This document shows, piece by piece, positions 26,179 through 32,000 of a stretch of DNA of 32,000 nt. This DNA is from Candidatus Hermodarchaeota archaeon. Lineage in GTDB: Archaea; Asgardarchaeota; Heimdallarchaeia; Hodarchaeales; Hodarchaeaceae. A model generated the notes under the pieces. That model saw nothing but the letters and a program-made list of their open reading frames with translations, did not search any database and was not told the DNA's origin. Made by a program: the position numbers and the translations under genes. The stretch is from positions 120,001-152,000 of the forward strand of contig JBHLKY010000011.1 of the NCBI GenBank assembly GCA_048886185.1. Reading direction: 5' to 3'. Every line of letters begins with the position of its first letter. The stretch's first letter is position 1.

Positions 26179-27921
26179 ATGAATGAAAGCGATTCTATCA
26201 ATGAAGCATTACCTACTTCTGGACATTTACCAATGTATATCATGCATAAATTCTTTGCTCGAAAACAGGAGGATGTTATAAGAGAATATATTCAAACTTA
26301 TTCTAAGGAAAGAGAGATAGTTCTTGATCCTTTTTGCGGTAGTGGAGTGATGATTGGGGAATCCCTCCGATTAGGCCGAAAAGCAATTGGAGTTGACATA
26401 AATCCAGTATCAATATTTATTACAAGAAACACTATAAATAAAACCTCAAGTATAGAAAGAATTTTTGAGGAGTTCAAACAAATAGAAGTGGAGATTAAAC
26501 AGGATATCAACAAGTTATATCAAACAGCTTGCCGAAAGTGTGGAGAAAGAGTATTTGCTATATGCTTCACATGGCAAAAAAGAGAGTTAGTAGATGTTCG
26601 GTATGAATGCTCTCACCATGGTAAACTAATTGACCCAGTGAATGATGAAGATTTACAAATTCTCAAACTGATTGAGGAAGGCGCGGTTTCAGAGTTTTTT
26701 TATGACACTGGGAAATGTCGATATTGGTATCCCAGACAGAAGCTTTACTATAGTGATGGCACTCCTTTTCTCAAAAAAGAAAGATTTAATGCGATTGATG
26801 ATATGTTTACGAAAAGAAATCTCATCGCTCTTGCTAAATTACTCAATAGAATAAACAAAATTACTGACTGCAAACTTAGAGAAGCTTATAGGTTCGCTTT
26901 TTCCTCAATTACACATCTTGCATCAAAAATGACACCAGTAAGGCCCTCACGCCCTTTTAGTTCAGCTTGGGTCCAACAGAGCTATTGGTATGTTACAAAT
27001 AACATGGAATCTAATGTTTGGAAGTTATTTGAAAGCGCCATCATTAAACGTCAAGGATTAATCAAAGCAAAGGAAAATCTTCCGCGTAGTTTTGAGCAGA
27101 AACGAGAAACAACAAATTTTGATGAACTAATGGAGGAAAATGATTATGTTTACATGTTATTACAATCCTCGATTAATGATTTGGCAGAAATACCCAAAAG
27201 AAGTGTAGATTGTGTGATTACTGATCCACCATATGGACATTCAATCCAATATGGCGAATTACTTTACATGTGGGGGTGCTGGCTACAATTAATGGATAAT
27301 TTTGATGAGATTGCTGGAGGAGAGATTGTTGCGAATCCTAGACAAAAGAAGGACGATATAAGATACGAACAAATGCTGAAAAGAGCCTTTAAGAAAATTT
27401 TTCAGCTGTTAAAACCTGAAGGATATTGTATAGTTACTTTCCATAATCCTAGCTTGAAATATCGGAATATTCTATTTAGATCAGTGATGTTGTCGGGATT
27501 TGAGTTTGAAAAGATTGTCTATCAACCACCCCCGAGAGCCTCTGCAAAGAGTCTTCTTCAACCTTATGGTTCACAGAGAGGAGATTACTTTTTTAGATTT
27601 AGGAAACCGAAGAAGAATTCAAAATTTTCCTACAGCCCTGTCACTATAAATAAAGTTGAGGAGCTAATAGTAAACATCGCAAAGCAGATTATAATGGATA
27701 GAGGGAAGCCAATCCACAACACTGAGATCCAAAACTTGTTAGATCCAATTTTATATGAAAATTTGAGAAAAATGAACCTTTTAATGGAATTTAATCCCGA
27801 AAGTATTGAAAAAGTGTTGAAAAAGTATGAGGGAAAGGTGTTTGAATTAGTAGACATAGAGTTTAGAATGGGAAATCAAAAACTTCGAGGAAAGGGTTGG
27901 TGGGTAAATATTCCTCGTTAA
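26179..27921 (+). CDS. Amino (N6-A/N4-C) DNA methyltransferase, motif I before motif IV
   Basis: HKFFARK (motif X), VLDPFCGSG (motif I), GVDINP, long insert with CRKC...ECSHH, ITDPPY (motif IV), LLKPEGYCIVTFH. Confidence 0.9.
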   Translation: MNESDSINEALPTSGHLPMYIMHKFFARKQEDVIREYIQTYSKEREIVLDPFCGSGVMIGESLRLGRKAIGVDINPVSIFITRNTINKTSSIERIFEEFKQIEVEIKQDINKLYQTACRKCGERVFAICFTWQKRELVDVRYECSHHGKLIDPVNDEDLQILKLIEEGAVSEFFYDTGKCRYWYPRQKLYYSDGTPFLKKERFNAIDDMFTKRNLIALAKLLNRINKITDCKLREAYRFAFSSITHLASKMTPVRPSRPFSSAWVQQSYWYVTNNMESNVWKLFESAIIKRQGLIKAKENLPRSFEQKRETTNFDELMEENDYVYMLLQSSINDLAEIPKRSVDCVITDPPYGHSIQYGELLYMWGCWLQLMDNFDEIAGGEIVANPRQKKDDIRYEQMLKRAFKKIFQLLKPEGYCIVTFHNPSLKYRNILFRSVMLSGFEFEKIVYQPPPRASAKSLLQPYGSQRGDYFFRFRKPKKNSKFSYSPVTINKVEELIVNIAKQIIMDRGKPIHNTEIQNLLDPILYENLRKMNLLMEFNPESIEKVLKKYEGKVFELVDIEFRMGNQKLRGKGWWVNIPR

Positions 27922-28115
27922 GAACGAAGAAATAGATAGACACTATTATTTCTTCAAACTATACTTTTCCTGATTCTTAAATATTATTTTAAATTTAAAA
28001 ATTTAAATCACTTCAAAATTTATAAGGAGTATATAAAGATCCATAACTTTAAATATATTGGAGGAACTAATTTTATTGCTTTTATAAGCTCATTAATATT
28101 CGGAGAGTTGGGTTT

Positions 28116-28946
28116 ATGGAAAATCCCAACAAGCAAATTGAACAACAATTTGAGACAAATCAGTCTCCAGATGATCATCAAGTGTCATGTGAGCAGTATG
28201 GAACTTGGTTTTTAGGGTCTCTCATGCGGGAAAAAAATACCTCATGGTTTCCAACCTACAATAGACTATCCACGTTACATAATCGGATTACCCAGGAAGA
28301 AACCAATTTTAATGATCAATTACAAATTAACATGCGATTAGCCTCTCAATTGAGTGAATTCTTTCCCCAGAAATGGCTATTAGAAATCACAATGGTTTTC
28401 AAAAAACGAGATATCATTAAACTTAGAATTAAATCATATAAAGATAGAGTATGTTTTTATTTAGGATATATCGAATTGTATTTGACTTTCCGAGGGTTAA
28501 CTCTCTTGGATTCTACCCTAACGGAAATTAATGAATATCTAGGTGTCAATATTACTAAAAATGAAATTCGTACTTGGAAGATAAAGCTCATACAAATTAT
28601 TCCAGGATTACAAGCACAATGGATTAAAATTCGAACAAAAAATCACCAAACTGCATTAATTTCTACTATTGTTCAAGTCATGAATCGTGAATTAAGATTT
28701 AAACAATGTTCAAAAGAACAAATCTTTATGGTTAAACAGCAGGCATTAATGCTTGGAAAGAAGTTTGTCACAACTGAGAAAGCACGGTATGTTAAGAAAC
28801 CAGAAGTTTGGGCCCGAGCCATTTGTACGAAGGCGTTACATGAAACCTTACCTAGTTATCAGTCTAATGCTTTTCCTGATTTAACTTTCAATACTCGTAA
28901 AGTAATAGAAAACAAACGATGGCAATTGGATCAACTTCTTGATTAG
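28116..28946 (+). CDS. Hypothetical helical protein, possibly a degenerate TFB/TFIIB cyclin-fold paralog
   Basis: The CDS itself is well supported (276 aa). TFB resemblance is by eye only: QVSCEQYGT, NRLSTLHNRI..EETNF..QL....RLASQL, ITKNEIRTWKIKL, KKPEVWARAICTKA. Confidence 0.5.
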   Translation: MENPNKQIEQQFETNQSPDDHQVSCEQYGTWFLGSLMREKNTSWFPTYNRLSTLHNRITQEETNFNDQLQINMRLASQLSEFFPQKWLLEITMVFKKRDIIKLRIKSYKDRVCFYLGYIELYLTFRGLTLLDSTLTEINEYLGVNITKNEIRTWKIKLIQIIPGLQAQWIKIRTKNHQTALISTIVQVMNRELRFKQCSKEQIFMVKQQALMLGKKFVTTEKARYVKKPEVWARAICTKALHETLPSYQSNAFPDLTFNTRKVIENKRWQLDQLLD

Positions 28947-29201
28947 CTTAATGAGACATCTTGTAACTCTTGGCTTAATTCAAACAGATGAATCAGTAAA
29001 AATTTGTTTTTGCTAAGAATAATTAATCCTACATTACCTCGAATTATAGGCTCGAAAATTTTATATTTGATCTTTTTCGTTAATATTTTGTTTTAAATTC
29101 ATCTCACCCTGAGAATAGGAGTAACATTCATCAGCTTTTATTTTAATTGTATTGGAGTTTTCTCACGATTCTTAGAGGATTATTTCTTTGGTTGGAGAAA
29201 T

Positions 29202-29750
29202 ATGATCGATGATTTAGTTCAAAGACATAAAAAACCTGAATCTTTGGAAATTGACACTTTAATTTTAAAGCTAGATCATGTTGCCTATAGAGTGAAAAAA
29301 GGAGAGCGAATGAGATTTATCGATGAACTTACTAATATGGTACCATATCAGGAGTTTAAAAACTTCAAAGTGATTAATGCAAACGCCATTACTACTTGTG
29401 TCCAATTACATAACACGCTTCCCGTAATTGTAGTCTCTGAAGGGATCACTGATGACTCTGTCGTAGAGCGCTATTGTCAAAAATACGGTTCTAGAGTCCA
29501 TCATTTGGCTTATTTAGTTAAAAACATCAGAAGAGTCGTAGAGGTTCAAAAACAGAGAGGAGTTACATTTACAACAGTAGACATCATTGGTAGCGAGAGA
29601 GAGGGGATTTTACAAATCTTTACAACTCCAACAGAGACAACTAACCATATAATCGAATATATTCAAAGATTTGGTGATTTTGACGGATTTTTCACGCCAT
29701 CCAATATTTCAGAATTGATGAAATCTACTGAAAAGTTGGGAGAAGCCTAG
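29202..29750 (+). CDS. VOC-superfamily protein resembling the C-terminal catalytic domain of 4-hydroxyphenylpyruvate dioxygenase
   Basis: LDHVAYRV, YGSRVHHLAYLV..I, RGVTF, ILQIFTTP, IIEYIQR...GFFTPSNISELMKS, giving a His/His/Glu metal triad. Confidence 0.75.
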   Translation: MIDDLVQRHKKPESLEIDTLILKLDHVAYRVKKGERMRFIDELTNMVPYQEFKNFKVINANAITTCVQLHNTLPVIVVSEGITDDSVVERYCQKYGSRVHHLAYLVKNIRRVVEVQKQRGVTFTTVDIIGSEREGILQIFTTPTETTNHIIEYIQRFGDFDGFFTPSNISELMKSTEKLGEA

Positions 29751-29814
29751 AGAAACAAAGTAACCGATTCTATCTATACAAGTACTTCTTATCTTGGTGG
29801 ATAGTTAAGATCTA

Positions 29815-30600
29815 TTAGAGATCCAGTAGTTTTCGCGCATTTTCACTGAGTATCTGCTTCTTTTCAGAAAGAGAGATTGGAGCACTAGTTACTTTGGTCT
29901 TTTCCCATGCAATGTTCTGTGCTCCCCATGGATAATCTGAACCAAAGAGGATCCTCTCGGGCCCAAGCATTTCGACTGCATCAGCTAACCGCCGAGGATG
30001 AGGGATATAAGAACACTCCAAATAAAGATTATTGTTTCGAGCAGCCATTTCAATATGTGAAAAACGATCATTTAAACTGAATTCTTCTTTCATGTGACAA
30101 CACACAAAAGTTCCGTCTGGGTACTGTTGTGCTAGTTTTCCGATTTCTTCAACACTTCCTTCAGGCCCCCAACCTGAATGAATCATAATTGGTACATTGA
30201 GATCTATAGCTTTTGTTATAAATGGCTGTACTTCGGGTTTAGTCAAGTGATAATTGTCAAAAACAGGATGAAGTTTTAATCCACAGAAATTATGATCATC
30301 TACTAGCTCCTGAAGATCATCAACTTTATCATGTTTAGGATTTAACCAAGCCATCAGTATAAATCGTTTTTTAAGGGATTGAATTTGTTGGGCGAGTCTC
30401 TCATTTTCATTTCTCATTTTTTCCTTTTTTGGTCCACATAATAATACCGCCTCAGTAACATGAGCGTTAGCTAATGCGGTTAGAAACTCGTTGAACGGTG
30501 GAAGAACTTTTAGATCTGAAGTAAAAAACGTAACTGGACTCAATGGGAGATGAGTATGGAAATCAATAGTTGGAAGATGTCGAAACAGATCTTCAGTCAA
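29815..30600 (-). CDS. Amidohydrolase_2 family TIM-barrel metal-dependent hydrolase
   Basis: IDFHTH, FCGLKLHP, PIMIHSG, CCHM, YLECS, ERILFGSDYPW, ILSENARKLL. TTG start. Confidence 0.92.
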   Translation of the reverse strand: MTEDLFRHLPTIDFHTHLPLSPVTFFTSDLKVLPPFNEFLTALANAHVTEAVLLCGPKKEKMRNENERLAQQIQSLKKRFILMAWLNPKHDKVDDLQELVDDHNFCGLKLHPVFDNYHLTKPEVQPFITKAIDLNVPIMIHSGWGPEGSVEEIGKLAQQYPDGTFVCCHMKEEFSLNDRFSHIEMAARNNNLYLECSYIPHPRRLADAVEMLGPERILFGSDYPWGAQNIAWEKTKVTSAPISLSEKKQILSENARKLLDL

Positions 30601-30788
30601 TTTTTATACCTCAAAATGTTACTTACTTCTCAAATAATCCGTATTGTTACCATTCTTACATTATATATCAATACGAATTTATAAAATATTATTATCAAAG
30701 CAAAAGTTATATGGATAATAGCAAAAACTAAGAGGAGGGATAATTAAATATCTGTTTTGAGCGTTAGAAAAATTATAAGCAATCAATT

Positions 30789-31898
30789 TTGGTAAAAATC
30801 TTGTATGTAAAAGAGAATTGGGCTTTATTTGTTGAAGGTACTGAAATTAAGTGGACATTTGGGGATCCTAGCGTTGAGTTCCAAAAAATCGCAATGAATT
30901 TTCTCATTGGTCTTGGAACACTTGGGGAAGAGTTATTTGGTGAAGGAATTGCTAGTATAACTTTTGATTTACGTAAATATACTGGATTAAAAGCTTCAGA
31001 AATCTTTATTGTTTCTTTAAAAGATCGCTTTCTCCTTATTATAAGCGATCCTACTACAACTCTCTTGTTAATAGCAGCCCAAGGTGGTATCCCCAATGAT
31101 ATCAAAGACTTAATGACAGCAGTATTAGTAGGGCAAGCCTCAGTCCTCTATGCAAGCAGCATTAGTGAAGTTAGCCAGAAAAGTAAGAGATTGATTGAAA
31201 AGAAATTTCAGGATATTATTCTGGATATTAATGATAAATACCTTGAGAATGATTTGATACATACTATTGTTGGAAAATCAGGAAGTAATTTCTCAATCCT
31301 GACATTTGAAGACTGCTTATTACTTCATTTTCATCTTAGAAAACAGCTTGAACCTGAGAATTCTTCGGAAACTTCAAGCTGGTGTTTAATTTCTCAATTG
31401 GGAGGAGGAAACATCCCTTTTTCGTTTAATATTGACAAAGGTGATGATATAATCATTGGTGGTTATTTTGCAGCGATAATTGAATTTATCTCAACCCTCT
31501 TCGGCACAAAACCTAAGCTTATTTCCTTTGGGTCCACTCATATCCGAAAAGTACGCTTTGTTTATGGAGGGGACTACTTTATGGCTATTGACACATCTTT
31601 TATGATTGACCTATTGCTCAGAAGGCGATTTCAGAAACGATTCTTCGAAACAAGTTACTCCATAATCAAAGATATGTCTTCTGGTATTAAAGAATTGATT
31701 ATAGAGGAAATTGTCCAATTTAATGAAATGAAATTATCTCAAATGTCAGCTGAAGCCCTTTTAGATGCATATTTTGGAGAAGGAACTGAGGAAATAGAGC
31801 TCTCTTTTGGCGGGGGAAAAGAAAACTTAGAACTTTTACGAGATGAACGAATGAATCAAGTGTTACGTGTTTGGGGGAAATACTTAACTGATCTCTAG
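30789..31898 (+). CDS. Hypothetical protein, candidate tandem longin-like domains
   Basis: 369-aa ORF, TTG start. Two segments with a longin-like beta-beta-alpha-beta-beta-beta pattern: NFLIGLGTLGEELFGEGIASITF and IGGYFAAIIEFISTLFGTKPKLISF. Confidence 0.6.
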   Translation: MVKILYVKENWALFVEGTEIKWTFGDPSVEFQKIAMNFLIGLGTLGEELFGEGIASITFDLRKYTGLKASEIFIVSLKDRFLLIISDPTTTLLLIAAQGGIPNDIKDLMTAVLVGQASVLYASSISEVSQKSKRLIEKKFQDIILDINDKYLENDLIHTIVGKSGSNFSILTFEDCLLLHFHLRKQLEPENSSETSSWCLISQLGGGNIPFSFNIDKGDDIIIGGYFAAIIEFISTLFGTKPKLISFGSTHIRKVRFVYGGDYFMAIDTSFMIDLLLRRRFQKRFFETSYSIIKDMSSGIKELIIEEIVQFNEMKLSQMSAEALLDAYFGEGTEEIELSFGGGKENLELLRDERMNQVLRVWGKYLTDL

Positions 31899-32000
31899 TG
31901 AGGATATGATAAAAGATTCCTTTTTGTTTGACGCTTAATTATTTTGTAATCAGTAAAAAGAAGTCTACTATCATATTAACTCTGTTCCAGAATTAGGATG

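Noticed and set aside
30773-31105. Minus-strand 110-aa ORF and other short ORFs nested in larger genes (e.g. 1741-2010, 6031-6568, 20073-20378, 25272-25568)
   Set aside because: They overlap well-supported genes on the opposite strand or in another frame, and show no recognisable motifs.

Overview
AT-rich, archaeal-type chromosomal window. The BRE/TATA promoter, leaderless and TTG/GTG starts, PGF-type sorting tail, sequon-rich surface proteins, PAS-DUF835-HTH sensor, and candidate longin and TFB-like proteins suggest an Asgard archaeon, possibly Heimdallarchaeia; this placement is an inference. About 21 CDS are supported, including one >389-aa minus-strand gene at the left edge that the ORF track missed. 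They cover peptide catabolism (pepT, tldD, pmbA), AIM24, two MFS transporters, an alpha/beta hydrolase, a PI-PLC-like phosphodiesterase, two surface proteins, a 6xPAS one-component regulator, a GyrI-like protein, an orphan DNA methyltransferase, an HPPD-like VOC protein and an amidohydrolase. The best candidate for an undescribed system is a tight three-gene minus-strand operon at 6892-10154: wHTH-ARPP-1(DUF6569) fusion, double-wHTH protein and vWA protein. The first two genes share a paralogous wHTH, and the predicted leaderless promoter is bracketed by an exact 17-bp direct repeat. No rRNA, tRNA, CRISPR array or intact transposase was recognised. All family assignments come from motif recognition by eye, not database searches.
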